Source of the DNA: a virus
Taxonomy: Duplodnaviria > Caudoviricetes
Length of the DNA stretch: 64,000 nucleotides
Virus record (IMG/VR): IMGVR_UViG_3300013121_000005
Location: 288,001-352,000 of that record
Direction: 5' to 3' (one strand)
Below, one piece after another: positions 46,616 through 55,815 of this stretch. The notes beneath the pieces were generated by a model. It searched no databases, was not told the DNA's origin, and worked only from the letters and a program-made list of their open reading frames with translations. The position numbers and the translations under genes are program-made. Position 1 is the stretch's first letter. Every line of letters begins with the position of its first letter.

Positions 46616-47079
46616 CGACGAATAGAGTCCACGTCAAGTTCTTGTTTGACCTCGGCCTTTCTTCCCCAGAGATGGGGGATCTAGTCGAGTTAATCCGCTT
46701 GGCTAGCGTGGTTGAAGAGTATAGGTACGACTCAAGTAGTTACAACCAAACAGTCATTTTGGTTGTAGAGTGTCACCTAGAGGACCTTGAGCGAATCCAG
46801 AAGGCGTGCAGTCGCTATGATGAAGCCCAGGGCACCCTCTTGTTCGGATTTAGGTATGTCCCGAAGCAAGTCTTACGAAGGGACCAGGTGAAAGAGGTTG
46901 GAGAGTATCTTGACCGCTTGCGTACCCAACCGAAGATAATTCACCCTACGTGTTCTCCAGAGTTTGACATCAATTTCATGATCTCGTGTGACGATTTCAA
47001 GGATCTTGACCTTGCGGTCTTGTTCGCGGCACAACGTGAGAAGACGAGGTTCGATCGTCTTCTTCTTGAGGACACCTGA
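46612..47079 (+). CDS. Hypothetical protein ending KTRFDRLLLEDT
   Basis: ATGA-coupled. Confidence 0.7.
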   Translation: MTTNRVHVKFLFDLGLSSPEMGDLVELIRLASVVEEYRYDSSSYNQTVILVVECHLEDLERIQKACSRYDEAQGTLLFGFRYVPKQVLRRDQVKEVGEYLDRLRTQPKIIHPTCSPEFDINFMISCDDFKDLDLAVLFAAQREKTRFDRLLLEDT

Positions 47080-47531
47080 TGGCACCTTGTGTAGAATGTG
47101 GGGCTCTGAGCCAAGTCCCCATACGCGGTCTAGCTCATGTTATTTGCGACTCGTGCCATGAAAAGCGGCGACAAGAAGGTCGGAACCGAGTTGAAAGGTT
47201 ATGCAGTGGCTGCCAAAGGCTGCTATACTACGAGGCACGCGAGACGCCCTCTGAGTTTTGTGCCATTTGCCGAGAATTCGGTGACTCGCCTAAGGAGGGC
47301 GTTATCGACCGAGCGTTCAAGGACAAAAGCGGAGACCCAGTGCTCTATGTGGCAACGAGGGACATTTTCCTGGACAGGGACACAAGGATTCTATCTGGTA
47401 CCCGCGTAGTCTTCGACGGTGTGGTCCTAGATACCCATGGGCATAGGGTTAGGGCGCCGGAACTCAATGAAGTTATTCGGTCGGGAGGGCTTAAACCCCG
47501 TAAGTTACGGGACCGTTTTGAGCGGCTCTAG
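47079..47531 (+). CDS. Zn-finger protein ending RDRFERL
   Basis: Four CxxC pairs. Confidence 0.7.
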   Translation: MAPCVECGALSQVPIRGLAHVICDSCHEKRRQEGRNRVERLCSGCQRLLYYEARETPSEFCAICREFGDSPKEGVIDRAFKDKSGDPVLYVATRDIFLDRDTRILSGTRVVFDGVVLDTHGHRVRAPELNEVIRSGGLKPRKLRDRFERL

Positions 47532-47554
47532 AGGGTTTGGTGTAAGGAAGAGAA

Positions 47555-47821
47555 ATGGACCCAGCAGAGCAGTTGAAGAGGGCGAAGGCGAAGGCAGCGC
47601 AGAAGGCTCTGGATGTTTACTACACGGAGCTGACCCGGGCCTGTATGGAGCTTGGGGTTGAGATCGGCACCTTGGTAGGGGAGCACCAGCATACGATGTT
47701 GGTGTTGACCTCGAAGGGCTCCAATGTAGTAGTGGAGGCGCAATGGATGGTTTCAGACCATCCAGCTCTCATCAAGAAGGCGAGAGATCGGATGAATGCA
47801 GAAAGGAAGAAGGGATGTTAG
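47555..47821 (+). CDS. Hypothetical protein
   Basis: GGTGTA 10 nt upstream. Confidence 0.65.
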   Translation: MDPAEQLKRAKAKAAQKALDVYYTELTRACMELGVEIGTLVGEHQHTMLVLTSKGSNVVVEAQWMVSDHPALIKKARDRMNAERKKGC

Positions 47822-48018
47822 TGTACATCAACGGAACCGAAGTGGAGATGGGTTCGACGTTCGTCTCGTATGACGACGTGGTAGCGAAGGCGAAGATGAA
47901 GGGGTGGCCTTCGGTAACGTTCTACACCTCGGATGATGAGACGAGGGGTAACCTGTCTCCTGGCTGTAGCGTAACTCTACTGCCAGGGATGTTCTTCAAC
48001 GTGTACCATACGGGATGA
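47815..48018 (+). CDS. Single ubiquitin-like (Multi_ubiq-type beta-grasp) protein
   Basis: VYING..VSYDDVV..VTF..GNLSPG.SV..GMFFNV; ends in Gly. Confidence 0.65.
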   Translation: MLVYINGTEVEMGSTFVSYDDVVAKAKMKGWPSVTFYTSDDETRGNLSPGCSVTLLPGMFFNVYHTG

Positions 48019-48483
48019 AACTAACCTTTTTACTTGAGGTGACTTCGCCGGGGCACTACGACCTTCTTGAGTCTATTTCGAGGGGGGGTGAAGTCCCTCA
48101 AGCTCCACTACCAGTTTATTAGCGGTGTCAAAGCGGCTGTCCTAGAAGTCGTCCTCGTATGTGACACCCTAAGTGAAGTTGAGCACGTACGCACTTGTTG
48201 GCTTAGAGCAGAAACGCTCCTCGGGCCTATTAAGAGTGTAGTTTCATTCACCTTTTTGACCTCAAGGGTTCCTCTTGAGGTCAAGGGTCATACGGAATGG
48301 CTTGAGAACCTATCTGGGGTACTCCGGGTTAGCTGTGTGGAGTTTCCCCCTGCTGAAGCCGAGTACACGGTACGGTTCATGAGCGAGAAGTTTTTGGTTG
48401 TGTCCCTCCCTGCAATCATCGGGCAGGTCCAATCCAAGTTTGAACGTCTCCTTCTAGACAACGGGGTACCTTGTTCGCCTTAG
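48015..48483 (+). pseudogene. Frameshifted CDS (G7 run at 48082-48088) ending SKFERLLLD...
   Basis: ATGA-coupled start at 48015; removing one G joins it to ORF 48067-48483. Confidence 0.6.
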
Positions 48484-48502
48484 CTCTAGAAGAACTAGAC
48501 TT

Positions 48503-48799
48503 ATGCTGAACCCCTACCATAGGTATTTGAAGGAGTTAGAGCTTAACCCCTTGGTGGGGAAGCTACCCGTAGATGAGCCTCCGAATCCCCGCAGTGTTGA
48601 GACGACTTTGGGCTGGCTCGCCCATGAGATTGGGCGGCTGACCCAGCGTGCGTCCCTTCTCGGCGCCGCCACCCCCCAGGGAGAAGAGGTGACCCTTGGG
48701 GCATACCGTAGCTTGTACGAGGAGCTATTTTGGAGGGCGCAGCGCTTGAGCTGTCGAACGAGGTTCGAGCTTTTTCTTCAAGCTGAGGATCGGTCGTAG
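48503..48799 (+). CDS. Hypothetical protein with RTRFELFL near the C-terminus
   Basis: 98 aa ORF. Confidence 0.6.
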   Translation: MLNPYHRYLKELELNPLVGKLPVDEPPNPRSVETTLGWLAHEIGRLTQRASLLGAATPQGEEVTLGAYRSLYEELFWRAQRLSCRTRFELFLQAEDRS

Positions 48800-49557
48800 T
48801 CGTACCTAGCGGTGAGTGCCCTTGGGGCCAGCTCCCGCATATCGGCGAAGAAGTTCCAGACAATCCACTTGTTCGAGAGGTCCTCAAAAACCTCTAGGAA
48901 CTTTTTGGACTCCTTTTCCGTGTACATGACACGGCGCATTTCTTTCTCGATCTCTTCCGAAGCCTGCTTGGCTTCTGCCTCTTGTTCGAGGAGGGCGATA
49001 GGGTCCTTGTCCGTGAGGAACTTGTCCAAGATGAAGACGATTCGCTTGAGGGGTGCTTCGATGGGATCCCTCCACAGAACCTCTTCCCTATCCATCTTGA
49101 GGACAGTTTCGTAACTATCGAGAATCCTCTTTGCCCTACCCAGTTGGACCTTCACATCGGAAAACTGATAGTCCCTCTCGGTAGGGATTGCGTACGCAAA
49201 GCTCTCTGCGAACTGGTGCTTGTCGGCTCGGTCAACCCCTAGCTCGGGGTTCTTCATGACGGCTTCGTACTCAGTTTTGCCCATTCCGATGATATGAGCT
49301 AGCAAGTCGTTGTAGCCGTCATCCCCAAGCCCCGATACTTCCTTGGAAAGCTTCTTGTCGAGCTTATCCTTGATCTTGCGGAAGGTCGTCGCAAACCCAG
49401 CGGCTTCTTGGGGGGTCAGTGCCTTCATCAGGTACTGCCTAACCGCATTGTAGTCTCGCGTCTTAGTCCCCCATTTGATTGGGTCTACAATACGCCAGAA
49501 GGTGCTTTCCGGCACTGCGACTGCAACCTTGGATGTAAAGTCGTAAGAATAGCTCAT
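48778..49557 (-). CDS. Hypothetical protein with YSYD / YDYDR tags at both ends; DUF4240-like core
   Basis: FWRIVD..W..GDDGYNDL..HIIG.G..YE..ESF.Y. Confidence 0.75.
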   Translation of the reverse strand: MSYSYDFTSKVAVAVPESTFWRIVDPIKWGTKTRDYNAVRQYLMKALTPQEAAGFATTFRKIKDKLDKKLSKEVSGLGDDGYNDLLAHIIGMGKTEYEAVMKNPELGVDRADKHQFAESFAYAIPTERDYQFSDVKVQLGRAKRILDSYETVLKMDREEVLWRDPIEAPLKRIVFILDKFLTDKDPIALLEQEAEAKQASEEIEKEMRRVMYTEKESKKFLEVFEDLSNKWIVWNFFADMRELAPRALTARYDYDRSSA

Positions 49558-49590
49558 ACTTGTCGAGGGGTACTAAAAGAGTACTGTTCG

Positions 49591-50103
49591 TTACTCTCGG
49601 GTAGTGCCAAGGGACTCAGGGCTCAAGATAGACAGGGGACGGCCAGCCGCATCAATGATGCCAGCTTTCTGGCCTTCCTTCACGAGTGTTTTAAGGTAGC
49701 TCCTACGCTTTGAGGCGGGGAGGTCACCAAAACGATAGTAAGAATGTTCTATTTCGAGGCCATAGTCCTCGTTGCCCTTGTACCAAGACCTGGCGGAAGC
49801 CCCAATGTGACGCATGAGGGCGTACTCCCACCCAAGGAAGCTTACCTCATCTGCGAGGTATGGCTTATCGTTCGTGGCGAAGATGTGCCCCATCTCATGG
49901 ATCACATCATACCATCGAACCTCCCCACAATAGAGGATTCTCCGAGTAGGCCAAGCGATCCCGATAAGGAGGTTTGTGAACGGCGCCCTAAAAAAGGAAT
50001 CGAAGATGGAGCCCTTTTGGTTCCATGCCGTCTCGTTGACCTTTACGATGTCCCCACCCCATGCGCGAGCAATGGACTGAAGCTTTCTCAACTCTGGGCC
50101 CAT
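49591..50103 (-). CDS. HExxH protein
   Basis: VIHEMGH; class I promoter fixes the ATG at 50103. Confidence 0.7.
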   Translation of the reverse strand: MGPELRKLQSIARAWGGDIVKVNETAWNQKGSIFDSFFRAPFTNLLIGIAWPTRRILYCGEVRWYDVIHEMGHIFATNDKPYLADEVSFLGWEYALMRHIGASARSWYKGNEDYGLEIEHSYYRFGDLPASKRRSYLKTLVKEGQKAGIIDAAGRPLSILSPESLGTTRE

Positions 50104-50146
50104 AGGCTTTAAACGAAGAAGGGGGTTTCTTTCAACCCCCTTTCTT

Positions 50147-50623
50147 TCACTCGTTCTCGTTGGCCCAGTCGACATCTTCAGGCGCGACGGGAATGTTCGC
50201 TTCGATGGCGAACTGGATGAGGGTCTTGAGGGGATCCTCTCCCGGGGACGTGTATTTGGAGATCCAGGCGATGAGCCGGAGCCCATCTACTGTTGCTTCC
50301 CGGAAGAGGTTCCGGTCAGCCCCTGCCTGAAAAAAGTCCGTGGGATCCTGCCATCGGTTGTGCTTCTTGACGTTCTCCTCGTATTGGCGGAGAGCCTCCT
50401 GGTACTCCCTCTTTGTGGCGAAGTCCTTCTGCACGGGGCTTACGGGGGGAGGGGGTTTCTCAGCGCGCTCTTCCTGCTTGTATCCGTAAAGCGTCCGAAG
50501 GCATCGAAATTCATCGTTGGTTAGTGTGACAGCCCCCGAGGTATGCCCACCCAAAAGACGGGTCAGTGCAGACGCCAGAGGCGTCGTAACGACGCTACCT
50601 TGGTGGGACTTAGGTCGATTCAT
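50147..50623 (-). CDS. Hypothetical protein
   Basis: Class I promoter, N6 to ATG. Confidence 0.75.
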   Translation of the reverse strand: MNRPKSHQGSVVTTPLASALTRLLGGHTSGAVTLTNDEFRCLRTLYGYKQEERAEKPPPPVSPVQKDFATKREYQEALRQYEENVKKHNRWQDPTDFFQAGADRNLFREATVDGLRLIAWISKYTSPGEDPLKTLIQFAIEANIPVAPEDVDWANENE

Positions 50624-50664
50624 GCTTGCTTAACGAAGAAGGAGGAGTTCTTTCAACCAGAACC

Positions 50665-51327
50665 TTAGTGGCGACTAAGAATAGACCCGTCCCACTTGTA
50701 TACCTCCGTCAGGAACTTCTGGTTCAAGTCCGTATAGCGTTCGTCTAACGTTTCCAAAGAAGGGACTGGGTGAATGTAGACCGAAGTGTGGGTTTGGTAG
50801 ACCGGATCTACTGTCAGGTTGAACTCCCTAACCGCGAAGTCTCTCACTTCAGGGTTGAGCGTGGGGTTGAGAATGACCACGCAGGGTGAGCCTTTGTAGT
50901 AAGCTTTCAGGTAAACCAGGGCGAGGTCTGGCAGGTCCACCAAGGACCTTGGAGCTTCGGTTTTCGGGAGATCGTTCTGAATCTCCCGGTAGAGCACATC
51001 CTTCTGTACCGTAAAACGGTTGGTAACCGTTCTGTAGTTACCGTCAGGTTGACGCAGGTAGTACTCGATCCTTTTCCCGTAGACTTTGGGGTCCTTCCAA
51101 GAGCCGGAATGGGGATCGTCCTCTTTGAGAAAACTATGGATGTAGGCCCTGCGATGGAGTTCCTCGCAGAATGTGTCGTAGGCTTGGTCTACAGCTTGGC
51201 AACCCAATCCTTCCGTCGTGAAGTACTGGGTTCGGGTCTGGCCGTCTGTAGTGATGTCCACACGCCAGGACTCAATTTGAACGGTATGTGTGTCGTTAGG
51301 CATGAGAGTCTCTTCAGGGGTTCCCAT
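50665..51327 (-). CDS. Hypothetical protein
   Basis: 220 aa ORF. Confidence 0.7.
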   Translation of the reverse strand: MGTPEETLMPNDTHTVQIESWRVDITTDGQTRTQYFTTEGLGCQAVDQAYDTFCEELHRRAYIHSFLKEDDPHSGSWKDPKVYGKRIEYYLRQPDGNYRTVTNRFTVQKDVLYREIQNDLPKTEAPRSLVDLPDLALVYLKAYYKGSPCVVILNPTLNPEVRDFAVREFNLTVDPVYQTHTSVYIHPVPSLETLDERYTDLNQKFLTEVYKWDGSILSRH

Positions 51328-51763
51328 TCGGCAAAGTAAACCAGGTCCGTAGGGGAGAGAAAGCGGAGTGTCCTACCTTGGACTCCCATTCAGCAAAGCA
51401 GGTTTTGACTTGATCGGGTAGGATGCGGTCTACATCATCCTTTTTGAATCGGGCGTTGAGCGTGTCTGAGGCCGTCATTTGGCCTACATAGACATACCCC
51501 ATTTGAAAAAAGGTATCCCAGTGCTCCTGTAGCCGACATGTGTTCTCGGTGAAGTAGTGCCAGCTTCCATCATGAAGCTGGCAAATCCCCAAGATGGAAT
51601 TCTCTAGCCGAAACGCATAGATGATTGGTTTTCTACAACGGGAGCAGATGTCTCCGGGCCCGTACACGTAGCATTCATGCCAGGGGGTGATTGCTGCCTG
51701 GCAGCAATCCGAGAGAGGCATGACCACATCCACCCAAGGTAAATCGCTAGATTGACTTGTCAT
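51314..51763 (-). CDS. Hypothetical protein, related to 28730-29113
   Basis: SDCCQA..CSRC. Confidence 0.65.
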   Translation of the reverse strand: MTSQSSDLPWVDVVMPLSDCCQAAITPWHECYVYGPGDICSRCRKPIIYAFRLENSILGICQLHDGSWHYFTENTCRLQEHWDTFFQMGYVYVGQMTASDTLNARFKKDDVDRILPDQVKTCFAEWESKVGHSAFSPLRTWFTLPNGNP

Positions 51764-51903
51764 TTTTCACTGTCCTTCGATGCCAGTGCCAGACCCCTAT
51801 GAAGCATACAGCCAAAAGAGGGGAAAGGGCACAACCCCCATACACGATCAAGTAATCCCGGAAACGCTTCCAGCTCATGTTTCTGGAGGGAGCTTACCGT
51901 ACC

Positions 51904-52296
51904 TTAGGGGGTAAGCCTAAAGTCTTCAGCGGGATTCTTGACTAGGATGTGGTCAGGTTGACACTTCAAGGTCTTACCCGACCTATCCATCTTCACGTAG
52001 ACCAAGCCGTTCTTGACTTGGGTTACACTGCCGAAACGGTCTCCCATCATCCACTGATCAGTACAGGGGTGAAGTTGAACTCGTCTCCCCTCTGGGAAGG
52101 TCCAGAGGAGAGTCAGGAAGTCCAGCCCCTTTTGAGTGATGCGAAAACCTGAAGAGTCTTCCGTACAGGGCTCCAAAGCCCCTTGTGCCTGGAGTCCTGC
52201 GCAGACCCTTGGTTGAAACCTCCCCACGGGGAACTTTGGGTCCACCAAGTGAGCAAAGAAGAAGAGTCCTTGGACTTGGGGCGCAGTAAGCTTCAT
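51904..52296 (-). CDS. Hypothetical protein with SH3-like C-terminal part
   Basis: RVQLHPCTDQWMMGDRFG.V. Confidence 0.7.
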   Translation of the reverse strand: MKLTAPQVQGLFFFAHLVDPKFPVGRFQPRVCAGLQAQGALEPCTEDSSGFRITQKGLDFLTLLWTFPEGRRVQLHPCTDQWMMGDRFGSVTQVKNGLVYVKMDRSGKTLKCQPDHILVKNPAEDFRLTP

Positions 52297-52613
52297 GGTG
52301 TGATCTCCAGTTCGTCGATCTGGACCTGAAGGGTTGTGGCCAGGGTAACCAACTCAGACACCAAGTGCTGAAATGCAGCCGCTTGCACGACCGTCTTGTT
52401 AAGCGCTGGGAATTGCACCCGGATCATGGGCTTGATGACATTCTTTTGGTTGGAGTAGTCAAACTCCACAGAGATTTGCCCTTCCAGGGCAAACGTACGA
52501 CGAACTGTCACATAGATGGACATGTTCGTTCGGTGTACCACTGCATCGGGAGGGCCAAACTTCTTCGATTGCCCTTCCACCAGATCCATTGCGAGTGTGC
52601 GAGTCATTTTCAT
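52293..52613 (-). CDS. Hypothetical protein
   Basis: Class I promoter. Confidence 0.7.
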   Translation of the reverse strand: MKMTRTLAMDLVEGQSKKFGPPDAVVHRTNMSIYVTVRRTFALEGQISVEFDYSNQKNVIKPMIRVQFPALNKTVVQAAAFQHLVSELVTLATTLQVQIDELEITP

Positions 52614-52646
52614 GGCTGATTAACGTAGAGGGTTCGGGTTCTTCAA

Positions 52647-53066
52647 TCAGAATTCTTTATCGGGATGCACCAGAACCAAGCGTTCAAGCTTGATCAACGC
52701 CTGGTAAATGGTGCAAGTTAGCTCGCTTGCGAGGTCCTTCATACGGACGCGGGTGTCCTGGATTTCCTTGTGCCGCTTTGAGCCGGGCTTGCAGCGGCGT
52801 AGCTGAAATTCGATTCGCCCTAGGGTCCGGTTGACACCCTGCAACTCGGTGAGGGCTTCAATGGTTTTGTTCTTCATTTCAAGTTCCTTAGGGGTGATGT
52901 GGTCAGGGCAGGGCCAATTGTTCCCACAGTCCCCGCAGCGTCCGGTCTTTGGGCACTTGACCTTGGGGTGGTGGGCGCCGTTCCGGTGATAGCCGCACTC
53001 GCAGCAGGCGATCTCACTCATGAGGTACTCATGGTAGAGCGCGGCATCGTAGGCTCGGTTGCTCAC
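52647..53066 (-). CDS. Cys-rich hypothetical protein
   Basis: CCECG, CGDCG..WPC. Confidence 0.6.
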   Translation of the reverse strand: MSNRAYDAALYHEYLMSEIACCECGYHRNGAHHPKVKCPKTGRCGDCGNNWPCPDHITPKELEMKNKTIEALTELQGVNRTLGRIEFQLRRCKPGSKRHKEIQDTRVRMKDLASELTCTIYQALIKLERLVLVHPDKEF

Positions 53067-53323
53067 TTATGGACGCCTTCCGAGATGGCGACGACGAAGC
53101 CAATGCCCATTCCGCACGCCTTGTCGGTCTCGGCTCGGACCATGACCTCGACGGCCGGGTGCTTCGAGCCGTCGTTCATGATCATCGGCTCGATCGCTGG
53201 GACCGTGTAGACCTCGATGCCCCGGTGCATGAGGAACGTCGAGTGCCTAAGATGGCTGAGAAGGCGAGTCGCGTCGTTGACGGTCAGGGTGAGGGCTCGG
53301 CTCTGGGAGAGTTCGGTGGTCAT
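53063..53323 (-). CDS. Hypothetical protein, paralog of 44139-44402
   Basis: Shared motifs; class I promoter. Confidence 0.75.
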   Translation of the reverse strand: MTTELSQSRALTLTVNDATRLLSHLRHSTFLMHRGIEVYTVPAIEPMIMNDGSKHPAVEVMVRAETDKACGMGIGFVVAISEGVHK

Positions 53324-53352
53324 GGTTCTTCAACGAACTAGGACCCAGGGCT

Positions 53353-53595
53353 TCAACCGGAAATCTTGGCTTTCTCGACACCGACCCGCTTCATGCTGAC
53401 GGCGACGTTCTTGTCTCCGCCGATGAAGTTGATCTTGTAGTGCGGGAACATGAACGAACTGGATCCCTCGGGGAAGACCTGGGTTACACGTGCCTCGTCT
53501 CGTCCATCTACTAGGACACGGGCACCTACTGGAAAATATGGACTAGAAGGACGCACCTGGAGCCTCTGATTCTGAGAAGAAGTAGGGAAACCCAT
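53353..53595 (-). CDS. Hypothetical protein
   Basis: Class I promoter. Confidence 0.7.
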   Translation of the reverse strand: MGFPTSSQNQRLQVRPSSPYFPVGARVLVDGRDEARVTQVFPEGSSSFMFPHYKINFIGGDKNVAVSMKRVGVEKAKISG

Positions 53596-53624
53596 ACCCT
53601 CTCAACGATCCATACAGCCTGCTC

Positions 53625-54164
53625 TCAACGCCATGGGCTGACTTCTCTGTAATCCTTCCTATGGACTTCAATGGCCTTGGTATCAAAGTCCAGGTGCACC
53701 ACGATGTTTTCCCGGAGATCCTTGAGACCAATCTCCTTCGCCAAGAAGTCCCAGACGTAAGTCTCCAACACCGTGAGGAAGTACGGTCGTTTCTTGCTCT
53801 TCAGCTCATCGAGGCGACGCAGGAATTTGCCGGGAACCTGGGTACCGTTCAACGCCACCAAAGACAGGGACAAGAAATCACCAGCTTCCTCGTGAAAAGT
53901 GGCTAGGTATACCTTTCCGTTCAACGTGCTGACGGCAAGGTTGTAGACCTGATCGGGGCCTACCTGGAGTAGGTTTCGAGCGAAATCGAACGGAAGGATT
54001 TCATCCCCGTAGTTGTCCAAAACCAGAAATGCGTCCTGCGTTGTAGAAACCTCGAAGGTGAACAAGTTGGTAGCAGGAGGGGTGATTCCTTCCGCCGCCA
54101 ATTCCCTTACTGCGGAGGGCTGGTCGAATACCCGAACGTTTTTGATGGTCTTGTTATGGTGCAT
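53625..54164 (-). CDS. Hypothetical protein
   Basis: 179 aa ORF. Confidence 0.7.
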   Translation of the reverse strand: MHHNKTIKNVRVFDQPSAVRELAAEGITPPATNLFTFEVSTTQDAFLVLDNYGDEILPFDFARNLLQVGPDQVYNLAVSTLNGKVYLATFHEEAGDFLSLSLVALNGTQVPGKFLRRLDELKSKKRPYFLTVLETYVWDFLAKEIGLKDLRENIVVHLDFDTKAIEVHRKDYREVSPWR

Positions 54165-54443
54165 GACTTACCCAGAGAGGTTCAGAGTTTACACAGGAAG
54201 CCATGCTGAAAGAAACTGGACAGTCGCCCTTCGATTTTCCCATCTACGGGTAGGCGAAGGGTATGTTCCGTCAGGTGATCAGCCTACTGGTTGAGGTTCC
54301 TAACCTTGGCCTTCGGTTAAAGAGTCCTATTGTCCAGCTTCTTTCAACACAGCTTCAGTAACTCAACGAATACACCAAGGGAGCTTCAACCTCTCAGTAC
54401 CATTTTGAATAATTGCCACAGGGTTGGTCGGGCAAACCACATA

Positions 54444-54848
54444 TCAGTCCTGCTCTGGGAACATGATGGTAATGACAGGCTCACCCTTATCCCCAGGGCC
54501 GCAGACGGCCTTGAGTTTCGTCAGGGTGGGCTGAACCCGATCGCGGACGACCAGGACCTTGAAGTGGATGGTGGTCGAGCCAGGGGCTGCCCGGCGAATG
54601 GCGTTCGAGAGCATCCAGAGCACGTCCCAGAGACGGCCCTTGATGTCGTTGCCTGCCCGCTTAGCAGCGTCCGTGAGATCCACACAGGCTGCGAAAACCT
54701 CGGCCGTCGCTGCGACCGGGAACTTGAACCCGGCGTTCTTGATGACCTCTTCGAGGTCTCCCTGGCAGAGGTCCACCAGAACACCATCCCTGATGGCTTG
54801 GGCTCGGGTGTAGGTGTGGATGAGGTCCTCTTCGGTAAACAGGTTCAT
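54444..54848 (-). CDS. DUF6573-like protein
   Basis: LIHTYTRAQAIRDGVLVD..GRLWDVLWM..GPGD.GEPVITIM.P.D. Confidence 0.8.
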   Translation of the reverse strand: MNLFTEEDLIHTYTRAQAIRDGVLVDLCQGDLEEVIKNAGFKFPVAATAEVFAACVDLTDAAKRAGNDIKGRLWDVLWMLSNAIRRAAPGSTTIHFKVLVVRDRVQPTLTKLKAVCGPGDKGEPVITIMFPEQD

Positions 54849-54870
54849 GCCTACCTAAACGAAGGAGCCT

Positions 54871-55278
54871 TTATTCCTTCAACTCAACTTTATGGGCTAC
54901 TCCGACGGACAGCTCGTACCTTACGTTCAGGTTAAATTCATGAACCGTCCCTTTCTCATCGATCACTCTGACCATGAGGTGGTCTGGGATTTTGTAACCC
55001 TCGCTTTTGATGGTAGCTGCGGACAAAAAGGCCCAAGTCTTGTAGTTGGGGTTGATCTTCTTGATTAATGCAGCCAGCATCTCTTTTGCATACAGCTCGG
55101 CTGCAAAAGCGGGGCTCTCTTGGAACCAGTTTTCCGGGATGTCCCATGGGCAGGAGTCCCTGTTGAAAACCTCCCCCTCAGCGGGTTCCGACTCGTACGC
55201 TGGGCACCAGAGTTTAGCTATCCTTGTGAGTACCATAACTACTTTCAGGGTTGAAAGATTGAGAATTCGTTCGTCCAC
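54871..55278 (-). CDS. Hypothetical protein
   Basis: ORF in run; start uncertain. Confidence 0.55.
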   Translation of the reverse strand: MDERILNLSTLKVVMVLTRIAKLWCPAYESEPAEGEVFNRDSCPWDIPENWFQESPAFAAELYAKEMLAALIKKINPNYKTWAFLSAATIKSEGYKIPDHLMVRVIDEKGTVHEFNLNVRYELSVGVAHKVELKE

Positions 55279-55313
55279 TAGGTGTAAGCCCTAAGAGGCT
55301 AAGGGAGGTTCAG

Positions 55314-55553
55314 ATGAGCTACTACTACACCCTTTACAACCAGGAAGTGATCAAGCAAATCAAGGCAGACCCCGAGCTGAGCTTGGTGTTCTTCGCAATG
55401 TACCCCCCGTACGATGATGAGCTGGACCCCCTCCATCGACCTAACTGGGCAGCAATCCGAGAGGCTGAGTATCTAGGGCAGGCCAAGGTAGCTCTTAAGA
55501 GGGCTAAGACCTGGGCCAGTGAGCGGGCTAAGAAGGAGGGATCTTTGGGTTGA
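55314..55553 (+). CDS. Hypothetical protein
   Basis: SD GGAGG. Confidence 0.65.
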   Translation: MSYYYTLYNQEVIKQIKADPELSLVFFAMYPPYDDELDPLHRPNWAAIREAEYLGQAKVALKRAKTWASERAKKEGSLG

Positions 55554-55592
55554 GTTTGGTTGAGAAGGCATTCCTTTAATCGTTGAGGTAGT

Positions 55593-55784
55593 ATGAGTAA
55601 CGAAGCCCGTCGAGTTCGAGAGTTGGCCCGAATCGAAGCCTACCATCGCGGTCCTGCTGTCAAGTATGATGACGTAGCTCGGCACTGCCCGAGCCACTGG
55701 TCCCCAAGGTTCATCGCCAACCAATGCGAATTGGCAGGGTACCCCGTGTGGTCGAGTGCCCCGGATGCAGCTCTGCGGGGCTAG
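55593..55784 (+). CDS. Hypothetical protein
   Basis: Class I promoter. Confidence 0.6.
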   Translation: MSNEARRVRELARIEAYHRGPAVKYDDVARHCPSHWSPRFIANQCELAGYPVWSSAPDAALRG

Positions 55785-55815
55785 TATCCACTATACCCTC
55801 GGTCGTTGGGGAATC

